Positions 1-10,296 of a DNA stretch of 64,000 nt are shown here, piece after piece (position 1 is the stretch's first letter; each line of letters starts with the position of its first letter). Origin of the DNA: an uncultured Fibrobacterales bacterium. GTDB taxonomy: Bacteria > Fibrobacterota > Fibrobacteria > Fibrobacterales > CAWVXU01. The stretch spans positions 30,686 to 94,685 of the forward strand of contig CAWVXU010000001.1 of the NCBI GenBank assembly GCA_963934255.1, in the 5' to 3' direction. Made by a program: the position numbers and the translations under genes. Under the pieces are notes generated by a model. It did not search any database and had not been told where the DNA came from. It was given only the letters and a program-made list of their open reading frames with translations.

Positions 1-1
1 A

Positions 2-487
2 CCAGCCTTTGCTGGACTTGGAACTCCTTGGTGGGATTCGAGTGCTCGTGGGGCTATTGTGGGCTTAACGGCCCAAAGCTCAAAGTCTCATATCGTGCGA
101 GCAGCACTCGAGTCAATTGCTTTTCAAAGTTTAGATCTTGCTCGGGGAATGGAAATAAAAGGGGCTATTAAAGTTGATGGTGGTGCAACGACAAATAAAT
201 TTTTGATGCAATTTCAAGCAGATATTTTGGGCCAAGTAATAGATGTTGCTCATATGAGTGAGGTAACTGCACTAGGTGTCGCACAAATGGCAGCAATTGG
301 GGCTGGGCTTATAACAATAGTTGACATCAAAAATATGGATGAAAAAATATCGAAACTTGATACACAGAGAAAAGCTCTAAGGAAAACTCAAAGCTACGAA
401 CCACAAATGAAATTAGCAGAACGTAAATCACTAGTTGTCCGGTGGCGTGAAGCTGTAGAACGTAGTCGTCAATGGCACAAAAATTAA
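2..487 (+). CDS. glpK: Glycerol kinase, C-terminal part (5' truncated by window edge)
   Basis: Frame open from nt 2: PAFAGLGTPWWDSSARGAIVG, HIVRAALESIAFQ, VDGGA..NKFLMQFQADILG, EVTALG, WREAVERS (FGGY kinase C-terminal motifs). Confidence 0.9.
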   Translation, partial: PAFAGLGTPWWDSSARGAIVGLTAQSSKSHIVRAALESIAFQSLDLARGMEIKGAIKVDGGATTNKFLMQFQADILGQVIDVAHMSEVTALGVAQMAAIGAGLITIVDIKNMDEKISKLDTQRKALRKTQSYEPQMKLAERKSLVVRWREAVERSRQWHKN

Positions 488-500
488 GTAGATTGTAAGC

Positions 501-1529
501 ATGAAAAATCCTAATTCTCAATACTGGCCTTTGATTATCATAGCTAGCCTCATGATGATAGCCTTTTTAAAAGTGGCAAAAATTATTGTTCTACCTATTG
601 TCGTTTCAATTTTTTTGTCCTTTATGCTCATCCCAATTATTCATTGGTTGCGTCGTAAAAAGGTTCCACCAGTACTTAGCTCATTTTTATCTTTGGGATT
701 AGTTTTCTTGGTTATTGCCTTCACAATCTCTATTGTGGTAGTGAGTTTACAATCGCTCTCTGCATCGCTGCCGGGTTACGAAGAGAGAGTCCAGATACTT
801 CTGGCTAAATTAGTCAATTATATTAATAGCTTTGGTTTTTCATTAAATGCACAAGACTTTCTAGCGATAATTGACATTAAATCTCTGATGAGCTTTGCTG
901 GTAAAAGTGTTGGAGCAATTTTAAGCATTGGTTTTGATATTTTAAAATACGGTTTATTGATATTTTTCATCTCCCTTTTCATGATGATTGAGTCTACGCG
1001 AATAGGTCAAAAAGCAAGGAAAGCTTTTGGGCAGGGGCAAATACTTGATGACTCAAGCAAACATATCGCCATAGAAATTCAACGTTATATTTTTTATAAA
1101 ACAATCATTTCTCTTACTACAGGAATACTTGTTTGGGCAGTGCTTCGGGTTATTGGAGTTGATTTCCCTTTAGTTTGGGGACTCCTTGCTTTCTTATTAA
1201 ACTTTATCCCTTCGGTCGGTTCAATTATCGCAACCCTCCCTCCTGTTTTAATGGCACTACTTCAATTTGATACTCCCCTGAAGTATGCTGCTATTGTGTT
1301 GGCATCCTTGATGGCAATACAGGTCAGCATTGGAAGCTATTTAGACCCCAAAATAATGGGAGAACATTTAAACTTATCAACTCTGGTGATATTTATTTCC
1401 ATGGTTTTTTGGGGTTGGGTCTGGGGGCCCGTAGGGATGTTAATTGCCGTCCCCATTGCCGTGACTTTCAAGGTAGCGATGCACCATCACCCCCGTTTAA
1501 AACCGATTTCTCAAATGATGGAGGGCTAA
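501..1529 (+). CDS. AI-2E family transporter
   Basis: Multi-TM protein with WGLLAFLLNFIPSVG, PKIMGEHLNLS, FWGWVWGPVGMLIAVP. Confidence 0.9.
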   Translation: MKNPNSQYWPLIIIASLMMIAFLKVAKIIVLPIVVSIFLSFMLIPIIHWLRRKKVPPVLSSFLSLGLVFLVIAFTISIVVVSLQSLSASLPGYEERVQILLAKLVNYINSFGFSLNAQDFLAIIDIKSLMSFAGKSVGAILSIGFDILKYGLLIFFISLFMMIESTRIGQKARKAFGQGQILDDSSKHIAIEIQRYIFYKTIISLTTGILVWAVLRVIGVDFPLVWGLLAFLLNFIPSVGSIIATLPPVLMALLQFDTPLKYAAIVLASLMAIQVSIGSYLDPKIMGEHLNLSTLVIFISMVFWGWVWGPVGMLIAVPIAVTFKVAMHHHPRLKPISQMMEG

Positions 1530-1841
1530 ATGCCTTGGTTTGAAATCCCAGCTGCCACTTTGGTAAAAGAGGGTGAGCATAAGTCTTTTAGTGTTCGTAA
1601 TGAAAAATTACTCGTTTGTCGAGTCGATACAAAGCTCTATGCAGTTTCAAATTATTGCCCTCATGTAGGGGCATTATTGACTACAGGCGACCTGAGTCAA
1701 GGTCAAATCACATGCTCTTTCCACCAATGGACTTTTGATGTAAGAACGGGTGATTGCACTTATCCACGGCAGGGTCCTCAATTGGAAACCAAAGCCACCC
1801 GAGAAATTAATGGTATCCTTGAAGTAGAGCTCGTTGAATAG
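1530..1841 (+). CDS. Rieske (2Fe-2S) ferredoxin
   Basis: CPH..CxxH motifs (CPHVG; CSFHQWTFDVRTG). Confidence 0.9.
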   Translation: MPWFEIPAATLVKEGEHKSFSVRNEKLLVCRVDTKLYAVSNYCPHVGALLTTGDLSQGQITCSFHQWTFDVRTGDCTYPRQGPQLETKATREINGILEVELVE

Positions 1842-1856
1842 TTATAGTCTAAACAC

Positions 1857-1892
1857 AAAAAAGGCGACTTCCAATATGGATGTCGCCTTTCT
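1857..1892. terminator. Intrinsic terminator, probably bidirectional
   Basis: AAAGGCGAC / GTCGCCTTT stem; longer T tract on minus strand. Confidence 0.75.
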
Positions 1893-1982
1893 TGTCAGTT
1901 TGCTCATTTGAGCTTAGGTTTATTATTTCAATGAGTACACAAATGAGTATATCATTAAAAAACTAAAATTACGGGTTTAACT

Positions 1983-2216
1983 TTAAGCCAATGGCGAAGC
2001 ACTCTTTAAAGTGCTTTCTTTGGAGTAACTCATCGACACAGACCCTTTGACATTACCAGCGACACCAATAATAACTGAAATATTGTAGTTGACTCGCTTC
2101 GCAGAAACTCATTTGAGCTGAAGTGCCTTTGGAGTTGTCCCAATCAACAAACTATAAATTTCCATCTTTGCTATTAGAAACGGGTTTACATGTTCAATGC
2201 TTATATTAGTAATCAA
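1983..2216 (-). pseudogene. cheX: CheX chemotaxis phosphatase remnant
   Basis: Minus frame reads ISIEHVNPFLIAKMEIYSLLIGTTPKALQLK*VSAKRVNYNISVIIGVAGNVKGSVSMSYSKESTLKSAS; NPF and SxIIGxxGxxKGS motifs; internal TGA 2109-2111; C-terminal half absent. Confidence 0.75.
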
Positions 2217-2279
2217 GATTCCTTTTCGTTTATGAAATGATTATACTTTGAATAACAGGTAAATTACAAGAGTTTTTTT

Positions 2280-3248
2280 ATGTTAGACCGAATTACCCAT
2301 GAAATCAGAGCTTCTGGTGCTGAAATATTTTCAATCCTTGTGAGAAAAAATGGGACAACACTGCTTGAAGAGTATTTTCACGGTCATGGACCAAGGGATT
2401 TACAGCGGCTTTATTCCTGCACAAAGAGTATTTCGTCGCTTCTTGTGGGGCTGGCGATCCAGGTTAAGGGTCTGGACTATGATATGGTCCTTACTCAGCG
2501 GGTAGTTGATCTTTTTACGGACTTTGAAATAAACAATCCTAGTGACCGTAAAAATAACTTAAAAGTGGAACACCTCCTTAATCAGACTACTGGAATAAAT
2601 TGGAAGGAAACTGGCCGTCCTTGGAGTGAAGGCCATTCGGGTTATGATATGGAAAAGTCAGCCAATTGGGTTGAATTTGTACTCGGACAAGAAATGACCT
2701 CTGACCCTGGTAAGCGTTTTAACTATAACACAGGGGTTTCACATCTTTTGACTGTACTTGTTGAAATATTGACAGGCATGCCTGCTGATAAATTTGCCAC
2801 CAAGTATTTATTTGAACCTCTAGGTATTACATCATCTGAATGGACACGTGATTCACATAATTATGTGCAGGGTGGCAAAGGGCTTAGCCTATCCCCAGAT
2901 GCTCTTGCTCGAATAGGACAAATGGTGATGGCCAAAGGTCAATTTGAGGGTCGTCAAATAATCAATGAAGAATGGCTTGAGATGAGTTTGAGTCCACAAT
3001 CCAAAGGACATAAATATTATGGAACCTATGGATTTCAATGGTGGTTGAAGAATTTAACCGAAGGACCCGAGCCTGATGGTGATGGATATAACATTCGTTG
3101 TGGCATTGGCTATGGTGGACAATTTATTTATATGGTTCCCAAATGGGACCTACTTGTCGTAATGACTGGAAATATGATCGGGGCCGAAAAATTTGAAACA
3201 CCTCAAAATATTTTTAAAGACCAAATTTTATCTTTTTTTCAAATTTAA
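2280..3248 (+). CDS. Serine hydrolase, beta-lactamase/AmpC-NylB-like family
   Basis: SxxK (SCTKS), LLNQTTG, PGKRFNYN, YGFQWW, GYGGQFI. Confidence 0.85.
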   Translation: MLDRITHEIRASGAEIFSILVRKNGTTLLEEYFHGHGPRDLQRLYSCTKSISSLLVGLAIQVKGLDYDMVLTQRVVDLFTDFEINNPSDRKNNLKVEHLLNQTTGINWKETGRPWSEGHSGYDMEKSANWVEFVLGQEMTSDPGKRFNYNTGVSHLLTVLVEILTGMPADKFATKYLFEPLGITSSEWTRDSHNYVQGGKGLSLSPDALARIGQMVMAKGQFEGRQIINEEWLEMSLSPQSKGHKYYGTYGFQWWLKNLTEGPEPDGDGYNIRCGIGYGGQFIYMVPKWDLLVVMTGNMIGAEKFETPQNIFKDQILSFFQI

Positions 3249-3251
3249 TCT

Positions 3252-5366
3252 ATGGAACAATTCACCACTCATATCGTTTTTGAACTAATCTCAACCCTCG
3301 TGGCTTCAAGTGTGTTTGTCGTTTTACTTTTTGACCGAAAAGAAGGTCCAATTCGGCTGAGTTTTTTGGCCATGATTTTTTCAATGATGATTTGGCAATC
3401 AACTAAACTATACACCAATGCGTCAATTATATATGGTTATGACTTAGATGTTGAATTTTGGAGACGGCTGAGTTTTTGGTTTATTTCTCTAGTGCCTCCA
3501 ACTACTTTTTTGATGTCGAGTTTTTTAAGCCGTCGATTTAATACTTGGGTCAAATACCCTATTTTACTTGCTTTTGTTTTGATGATTGGTTTTATGGTTA
3601 TAGAGCCCTTGGGTTTAATATTTAAAGGTCATCAAATCACCTCATATGGATATTATCATATCCCAGGTGATTGGTACTATGTCTGGATGGCAGTATATTC
3701 AATCATCATTTCTGCAGGTCTTTATTTATTATTTCCATCGCATTACAAGCGCTTCCCTGATTTTCAAAGACAGTCCATCTTTATTTTTAGTGCAGCAGGA
3801 TTTGGCTTTGCTGTGGGCGCCTTAGAGTTTTATTCAGTTCTAGTAGGGCCTATTTATCCTGTTGCAGATCTTGCTCCTTGTATTTTTGGAGGTCTACTTT
3901 ATTGGACGATATTTAGATATAATTTTTTAGGTGGCTGGGGTGTATTTAAAATAGTCACCATGCGTTTGATGTTTTTTGCTGCAATCTATCTTGTAGTTTA
4001 TTTAGTATTCAATCTTGGGATATGGGTTCAACATGCTACGGGACTTCCAAGTGGTAATTCGATTTTTGTTTTTTGTGCCGCACTTGTGGCCACATTGATG
4101 ATGCCTATATATATTACACTCGTCAAGAATATCCGACGTAAGTTTTACCCGATTCGATTTGGTTATCGTACAATTTTTTTAAACCTATTACAAAAACTAA
4201 CTCAACATCAGTCCCTTGATGAAATGGTTCGAATCGCCCTTGAGGAATTGGAATATCATTTTCAATATGAAAATGGTTATGGTATTTTGTTTGAGACGAA
4301 TGGTCTTGATATTAAATCCAATCAATGGAGGATAATCGGATCACCGCAGAAGCCACCTCAAATTAAACCACATTTATTTGAGCGTTCACTGGAGAAAATT
4401 GTTAATCGACATCATCTTTTACAAGGCCTAAGGTTTTCTAGAACACTAGAACAAGACCGAGGCCAATTTCTGAGAGATTATAAATTTATCCAAAGGCTAG
4501 ATGCTGACCTTGTTGTACCGATAAATTCAAATGGTAAATGTTATGGGTTATTGGTCCTTAAAGAAAGACATTATAAAGCTGAGTCTTGGGAAGTGGCAGA
4601 GCAATTACTCAATTCCATATCTGAAATTTTAGGTGGACAAATTGCACAGATGTCACTCTTAGAGCATCAATCAAGACAAGATAGATTGTCTCAAGTAGGT
4701 ATGATGGCAGCAGGCATGGCCCATGAAATAAAAAACCCTCTTGAAGGGATTTATGGTGCAGCTCAATTATTGGAAGAGGAGGCCCTTGACTCTGACCCTA
4801 CTGAGGAGATTGTAAAAGAAAGCAGTCAAGTCGTGAGTCCTATGATTAATATTATTTTAAAAGAATCGCGAAGGCTGAATGATCTTGTTCATCAGTTTCT
4901 TACTTTTTCACGACCCTTTAGGCTTAGTAAAGAAAAAAGTTTTGTAGGGCTATGGCTTCAAGAGTTTATTGATGATCAAAAAACTCTTGGGATTGATTTA
5001 GATTTGATTATTTCGTCAAAGACCTTGGGCACGGAAACTCATACTGATGTTGATTTAAGAGGTTTGCATCAGATACTACTTAATCTAGTTCAAAATGCTG
5101 CGAGATATCAATTGCCAGGTAAGCAGCCACGTATCTTGTGGGATCCAATTGAACGAATTATTCAAGTTCAAGACGATGGACCTGGAGTCCCTATTGAGGA
5201 ACAGAGCAAAATTTTTAACCCATTTTATACCACTTCAAATAAAGGGACCGGACTCGGCCTAGCCATCTCGAATAAGATTGCAATTGAAATGGGTGGAGAT
5301 TTACATTACCAAACATTAGAGCCCGGCTCTAGTTTTATTTTAGAACTCGGAGAGCACCCTAAATGA
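3252..5366 (+). CDS. Membrane sensor histidine kinase (multi-TM N-terminus, GAF-like region, HisKA/HATPase)
   Basis: H-box AHEIKNPL, N-box LNLVQNA, G1 DDGPG, F FNPFYTT, G2 GTGLGL. Confidence 0.92.
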   Translation: MEQFTTHIVFELISTLVASSVFVVLLFDRKEGPIRLSFLAMIFSMMIWQSTKLYTNASIIYGYDLDVEFWRRLSFWFISLVPPTTFLMSSFLSRRFNTWVKYPILLAFVLMIGFMVIEPLGLIFKGHQITSYGYYHIPGDWYYVWMAVYSIIISAGLYLLFPSHYKRFPDFQRQSIFIFSAAGFGFAVGALEFYSVLVGPIYPVADLAPCIFGGLLYWTIFRYNFLGGWGVFKIVTMRLMFFAAIYLVVYLVFNLGIWVQHATGLPSGNSIFVFCAALVATLMMPIYITLVKNIRRKFYPIRFGYRTIFLNLLQKLTQHQSLDEMVRIALEELEYHFQYENGYGILFETNGLDIKSNQWRIIGSPQKPPQIKPHLFERSLEKIVNRHHLLQGLRFSRTLEQDRGQFLRDYKFIQRLDADLVVPINSNGKCYGLLVLKERHYKAESWEVAEQLLNSISEILGGQIAQMSLLEHQSRQDRLSQVGMMAAGMAHEIKNPLEGIYGAAQLLEEEALDSDPTEEIVKESSQVVSPMINIILKESRRLNDLVHQFLTFSRPFRLSKEKSFVGLWLQEFIDDQKTLGIDLDLIISSKTLGTETHTDVDLRGLHQILLNLVQNAARYQLPGKQPRILWDPIERIIQVQDDGPGVPIEEQSKIFNPFYTTSNKGTGLGLAISNKIAIEMGGDLHYQTLEPGSSFILELGEHPK

Positions 5367-6796
5367 ATCGTATCCTAATCGTAGATGATGAAGAAAACAT
5401 TAGAGAAATAATAAAGATGACACTGCGTAAAAATGCAGATGAAATTTTTACAGCCGAAAGCGCTGAGGCGGGTCTTGAAATTCTTAAAGAAAATAATATT
5501 GATATAGTTATTTCTGATATTAAAATGCCCGGCATGGATGGGTTAGATTTTTTACAATGTGTCAAAAAAGAACAACCAAGAGTCGAGTTTTTAATGATTA
5601 CAGCTCATGGTAATATGGATACTGTGATTGAAGCGATGCGCTTGGGAGCAAGCGACTTTTTATCTAAACCTTTTGAAAACAAGATTCTTCGAGAACAAGT
5701 TGCGAAGCTTCTTTCTATTAAAGAGAAAAACAAAGAAAAGGTCAGTACACCTAATCATGCCCCTAAACTCGAAGGTATGATTGGCGATAGCCCTGCTTTT
5801 AATAAATGCGTTAAGCGGGCCTTAAAGTCTGCAGCGAGTGATTCAACGATCCTCATTAATGGCGATAGTGGGACAGGTAAAGAAGTTTTTGCTCGTGCGA
5901 TTCATCAAAATAGTCCTCGTGCTGCTAGTTCTTTTATTGCGGTCAATTGCGGGGCAATCCCTGAGAACCTCATTGAATCAGAACTTTTCGGGTATGAAAA
6001 AGGAGCATTTACGGGAGCGATGTCTGAGAAGCCGGGTAAGTTTGAACTCGCGCAAAATGGTACTTTATTTCTAGATGAAATTGGAGAAATGCCACTTCTT
6101 ATGCAAGTGAAACTTTTAAGAGTACTACAGGAGAAGCAAGTTGACCGATTAGGGTCCACAGCTCCAATAGATATAGACTTTAGACTCGTTGCTGCTACTA
6201 ATAAGGATCTGCAAAGAGAAATAGCAGCGGGTAGATTTCGAGAAGATTTATTTTATCGTTTGAATATTATCCCTATCTTACTGCCTTCGTTAAAAGACCG
6301 TGAGGATGATGTGACTCATTTAGCGCAGCATTTTTTAAATGGGTTTAATGATCGCTATGAATATACTTATCGTTTTAATGTCAAACAAATGTCAGCGATT
6401 AAAGGATATACATGGCCGGGTAATATTCGCGAGTTAGAGAATATTGTTGAACGAAGTGTGGTACTTGGAGATGGTGAACAAGTTGAACTTGATATACCTG
6501 GTCTTGACAGTGATGAACTTCTTTTGACTGAGTCTGATGCTTCAGATGAAACTTTATGGGTCGGTCCATTGGTAAACCATGAAACTAAAGCTAAAATAGA
6601 GAAACATACAGCGACTCATGCAACGGCAATAGTCACCCCATTAGTTCACAAAAAAGGATTTAAAATTAAACTGACATCCTCTCAGATACTTCAAGCTCTT
6701 AAAGAAAACAACGGCAATAAATCTAAGACTTCAGAAGTATTGGGAATTAGTAGACGCAGTCTGTTGTACAAAATTAAAGAGTTTGAAATTCTATGA
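5363..6796 (+). CDS. Sigma54-dependent response regulator (NtrC/AtoC family)
   Basis: Receiver DIKMPGMDG; Walker A GDSGTGKE; GAFTGA; FREDLFYRL; WPGNIREL; Fis-type HTH. Confidence 0.95.
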   Translation: MNRILIVDDEENIREIIKMTLRKNADEIFTAESAEAGLEILKENNIDIVISDIKMPGMDGLDFLQCVKKEQPRVEFLMITAHGNMDTVIEAMRLGASDFLSKPFENKILREQVAKLLSIKEKNKEKVSTPNHAPKLEGMIGDSPAFNKCVKRALKSAASDSTILINGDSGTGKEVFARAIHQNSPRAASSFIAVNCGAIPENLIESELFGYEKGAFTGAMSEKPGKFELAQNGTLFLDEIGEMPLLMQVKLLRVLQEKQVDRLGSTAPIDIDFRLVAATNKDLQREIAAGRFREDLFYRLNIIPILLPSLKDREDDVTHLAQHFLNGFNDRYEYTYRFNVKQMSAIKGYTWPGNIRELENIVERSVVLGDGEQVELDIPGLDSDELLLTESDASDETLWVGPLVNHETKAKIEKHTATHATAIVTPLVHKKGFKIKLTSSQILQALKENNGNKSKTSEVLGISRRSLLYKIKEFEIL

Positions 6797-7893
6797 AAAA
6801 GAGAACCTTGATATTTGGGCTAATCAGTTTTGCTTTGAGTGCTTGTAGTTCAAGCGTACCTGTAAACGTGGTTCGCGCACCTACGATTGAAATGAATAAT
6901 ATTGAAACATTAGCTGTGAATATATTTGATTTATCAGGTCGTAAGAATCTAGAGTATGTTGACTCTACTATGATTGATAAAGTCGTGGAAATGTATGATA
7001 GAAATGCCAATCTAGGATATGCATTTAAAAGAGATTTTAAAAGACGGCACCGTTATGGTTTAGAGTCAGCCCTACAAGCTCGCAAAAAGTTCAAAATTGT
7101 TTCTAACCATAAAAATGCTCAAGCTAAGGTTAAAGGTGACTTAAGGCTAGAAATAAAAGATGAAGGTAAATGGGTGGAACGCGCACTTTCAGATGGTGAG
7201 AAAGTCAACATTTATCAGGTGTATCGAGTTGTCAAGGTGACGGTAGATTTCCAAGTAAAGCATCAAAATAAAATTATTGGAAATGGCAGTGTTTTTAAAA
7301 CTGCTACAAGTTCAAGTGAAAATATTTCACAAAAAGCTGCAATCAAGAATCTAGCCGATTGGGAAAACCTAAGCTATCAAGCTATAGATAAGACACATGC
7401 CGATGTACTCAAATTTATATTCCCATACACACAGACTTATCAAGTCAAACTTGAAGAAGGTGATGACGATGATCGTGTTGAAGAGGGTGCTGGAATCGCG
7501 GAAGACGGAGATTGGAAAAAAGCAACCTCATTATGGAGTGAAGTGATAGCAGAAAAATCAGGTGAAGATCTAGCTGCTGCCCAGTTTAATATGGGAGTTT
7601 ACCATGAGCAAAAGGGTCAGTATTCAAAAGCAATAAATTGGTACAAATCCTCCTTAAGTAGCTATAATTTAGAGTCAGCAAGCTCTGGTTTAGGACGTGT
7701 CAAGGCCGCTCGGGCAGATCGTCAGAAAATTAACCAGAGCAAACCTAAGACAAATCATTCCAAATCAAAAGCCAAAGTGAATATTCACAAGCAACACGAT
7801 GGTAAGAAATGGAAGAAAAAACAACCCAAGTCTCAAAGTATTGAGGCCATAGATGAGTCTGAAGAATCTTCAGACCCAGGTGTAGGATTTTAA
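6793..7893 (+). CDS. Lipoprotein with C-terminal TPR motif
   Basis: Lipobox LSAC; AQFNMGVYHEQKGQYSKAINWY; Lys-rich then acidic tail. Confidence 0.75.
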   Translation: MKKRTLIFGLISFALSACSSSVPVNVVRAPTIEMNNIETLAVNIFDLSGRKNLEYVDSTMIDKVVEMYDRNANLGYAFKRDFKRRHRYGLESALQARKKFKIVSNHKNAQAKVKGDLRLEIKDEGKWVERALSDGEKVNIYQVYRVVKVTVDFQVKHQNKIIGNGSVFKTATSSSENISQKAAIKNLADWENLSYQAIDKTHADVLKFIFPYTQTYQVKLEEGDDDDRVEEGAGIAEDGDWKKATSLWSEVIAEKSGEDLAAAQFNMGVYHEQKGQYSKAINWYKSSLSSYNLESASSGLGRVKAARADRQKINQSKPKTNHSKSKAKVNIHKQHDGKKWKKKQPKSQSIEAIDESEESSDPGVGF

Positions 7894-7896
7894 AAA

Positions 7897-9234
7897 ATGC
7901 TTAGAGTATTAGATCTCAATAATTTTTGGAGCCCAACAGGTGGCGGAGTTCGCCGTTACCATTTGCAGAAGTTGGAGTATTTCAAAACTCGTGAAGATGT
8001 ACATTATGTGTTTTTGATGCAAGACAGTGAGACTCGGACTGAGGTGATTAATGAGACTACTCTCATTGAGCATGTAGAAGCTTGGAAAGTTCCTGGTAAC
8101 TGGGAATATCGATTTCTAAAAGACTGGCGTAAAGTTCTTGAATATATTCTTAAAGTAAGACCTGATGTGATTGAAGTCGGCTCTCCTTATGTGATGCCTG
8201 GCCTCGTTAAGAAGGCAATCGACCACCTACCTGATGGCTTTATTGCTCCGCGTGTAGTTGGCTTTTGGCATGCTGACTTCCCGGTCACTTATATCTATAG
8301 GTTCTTTAGGAAGTTTACTGAGCCCGTGGGGAAATTATTTGGTGCTATGGGATGGGCATTTGCGCGGCGTCAGTATAATTGGATGGATGGCATTTATGTT
8401 TCTAGTGAAGTCATAAAAGAGCGAATGTTATCCCATAAGATGAAGAAAACATTTTTTGTTCCTCTTGGTGTTGATGCTGAACACTTCCACCCTTCCAAAA
8501 GATCTAAAGTGATAGAAGCCAAATTACTTAAGATGGATCCTGGCTCTAGTCGAAGAAGTATTTTCTTCCCTCATCGTTTTAGTCAAGAAAAAGGTGTCAG
8601 AGATCTCGTTGCAAGTTATAAATCTCTTAAAGATGATTTCCCCAACCTCCCGCGTTTAATTTTTGCAGGTACTGGTCCTGACCTTGAAATGGTCGAAGAG
8701 TTGATTGAAGATAACGGTCTTTGTCGATACCTTGGCTTTATCAAATCCAAAGATGAAATGGCAGAATGGTACGCCACATGTGAGCTAGGACTTGCACTTT
8801 CTGGTTGGGAAACATTCGGACTATCTATTTTAGAGGCGATGGCCTCAGGGCAAGTTCTTATAGGGGCAAATTCGGGCGCTGCTAGTGAACATATTACTAA
8901 ATCTAGCTCAGGTTATATGGTGCCGACTGATGATGTGCCAGCTCTTATTGATGCGATCAAAAAATTAGCAGAACTTGATGATGAGACATTAGTTAAGTGG
9001 AGTCAAAAATCACGGGCTTATGCAGAAAAGCTGACTTGGAATCATTGCTTTGATCTTGAAGTGAAGTACTACTTAGAAGTTTATGAAAACAACAAAGGCC
9101 AAAGACTCGATGTGACTTTATCGGCCCCAATTTATAGTGATGATTTTTTTATAAAAAAAGAAGTTTCTCATCAGGATGAGTCTAAGACGAATGATTTATA
9201 TGTTGATGAGTCCAAAAGTACAGGTGAACAATGA
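7897..9234 (+). CDS. Glycosyltransferase family 4 (GT-B)
   Basis: GGGVRRY, PLGVD, EKG, ETFGLSILEAMASG (EX7E motif). Confidence 0.9.
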   Translation: MLRVLDLNNFWSPTGGGVRRYHLQKLEYFKTREDVHYVFLMQDSETRTEVINETTLIEHVEAWKVPGNWEYRFLKDWRKVLEYILKVRPDVIEVGSPYVMPGLVKKAIDHLPDGFIAPRVVGFWHADFPVTYIYRFFRKFTEPVGKLFGAMGWAFARRQYNWMDGIYVSSEVIKERMLSHKMKKTFFVPLGVDAEHFHPSKRSKVIEAKLLKMDPGSSRRSIFFPHRFSQEKGVRDLVASYKSLKDDFPNLPRLIFAGTGPDLEMVEELIEDNGLCRYLGFIKSKDEMAEWYATCELGLALSGWETFGLSILEAMASGQVLIGANSGAASEHITKSSSGYMVPTDDVPALIDAIKKLAELDDETLVKWSQKSRAYAEKLTWNHCFDLEVKYYLEVYENNKGQRLDVTLSAPIYSDDFFIKKEVSHQDESKTNDLYVDESKSTGEQ

Positions 9235-10178
9235 TCCCTAATCGACTGATATTTATATGGTTTGGGGATAGCTTTCCCTGGGAAAACATTATTGCGATGA
9301 GATCTGCAATTAATACTAATTCCCCTGATGAAGTTCTACTCATACATCAAGGGCTTTCAGCTGATATGCCTGAACTCGCAGAATTTTTCAAATTGAAATT
9401 TTTTCGTTTTGTTGAAGCTGATGCATCTTGGTTTAAAAACCTGCCAGATGAAGGAATTGCTTGGGAACTTTTTCAAGAATTAACATCGCCTGCTAGTCGG
9501 GCTAATCTACTTCGTCTTGCGGTGCTTTGGAAAATGGGTGGTGTCTATCTTGATACTGACACGATTACTATTCGGGACTTAACACCATTACGCCAAAGTC
9601 ACCAAGGGTTTATTGGCGTGGAGCCAGTAGCCTTACCACGTGAATATTATCAAAGCTCTAATCCTTTGCGCCATATCACGGTGGGTCTTAAATTTATTTG
9701 GAGAGAGTTTTGCGCAAGAACTCCGGGTGGTGCCAAATGGTTCCGTTATACTGAGGGTTGGTTTCATCCTTCAGTCAATAATGCGGTGATTGGATCAATC
9801 CCTGAGCATCCAATGATTAAAAAAGCGTTTGAAACTATCCTTACTATGGATGCTGAAACGCAACGCAAGAGATTTAGACTAGGTACTCATCTGATGCAAG
9901 ATGTCACGGGAAACACCTCACAGGAAAACTTCGAAGTATTTGACTCGGAATATTTCTATCCACTAGGTCCTGAAATTTCAGCTCAATGGTTTAAAAAAGG
10001 GACGGACACTAAGGTTCGAGAATTTTGTCGACCTAATACTTTTGTGGTACATTGGTACAACTCGGTGGAGAGACGGTTCCTCAAAGAAAATCTCAGTGCA
10101 GATTGGGTGAAAAGAAACCCAGCCTGTGCATTTTCAAAGCTCGTGAGTGAGTATGGTGATGAGGTAAAGCTCGACTAA
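9231..10178 (+). CDS. DxD glycosyltransferase (GT32 / Gly_transf_sug)
   Basis: IPNRLIFIWFG; ANLLRLAVLWKMGGVYLDTD. Confidence 0.85.
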   Translation: MIPNRLIFIWFGDSFPWENIIAMRSAINTNSPDEVLLIHQGLSADMPELAEFFKLKFFRFVEADASWFKNLPDEGIAWELFQELTSPASRANLLRLAVLWKMGGVYLDTDTITIRDLTPLRQSHQGFIGVEPVALPREYYQSSNPLRHITVGLKFIWREFCARTPGGAKWFRYTEGWFHPSVNNAVIGSIPEHPMIKKAFETILTMDAETQRKRFRLGTHLMQDVTGNTSQENFEVFDSEYFYPLGPEISAQWFKKGTDTKVREFCRPNTFVVHWYNSVERRFLKENLSADWVKRNPACAFSKLVSEYGDEVKLD

Positions 10179-10208
10179 TCAGACCTTAACGATTTCGTCT
10201 TTAGATAA

Positions 10209-10242
10209 AAAATGCCACCTTCAAATTTGAAGGTGGCATTTT
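10209..10242. terminator. Bidirectional intrinsic terminator (perfect 34-bp palindrome)
   Basis: AAAATGCCACCTTCAAA|TTTGAAGGTGGCATTTT between convergent genes. Confidence 0.85.
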
Positions 10243-10296
10243 AATATTAAGATGTAATCCATGAATATGATCATGGACTGATTAATTCCTAAGAAT

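Noticed and set aside
2184..2197. Fifth MarR operator (GTTTACATGTtcaa)
   Set aside because: Only 11/14, asymmetric, and explained by the His-Val-Asn codons of the cheX remnant
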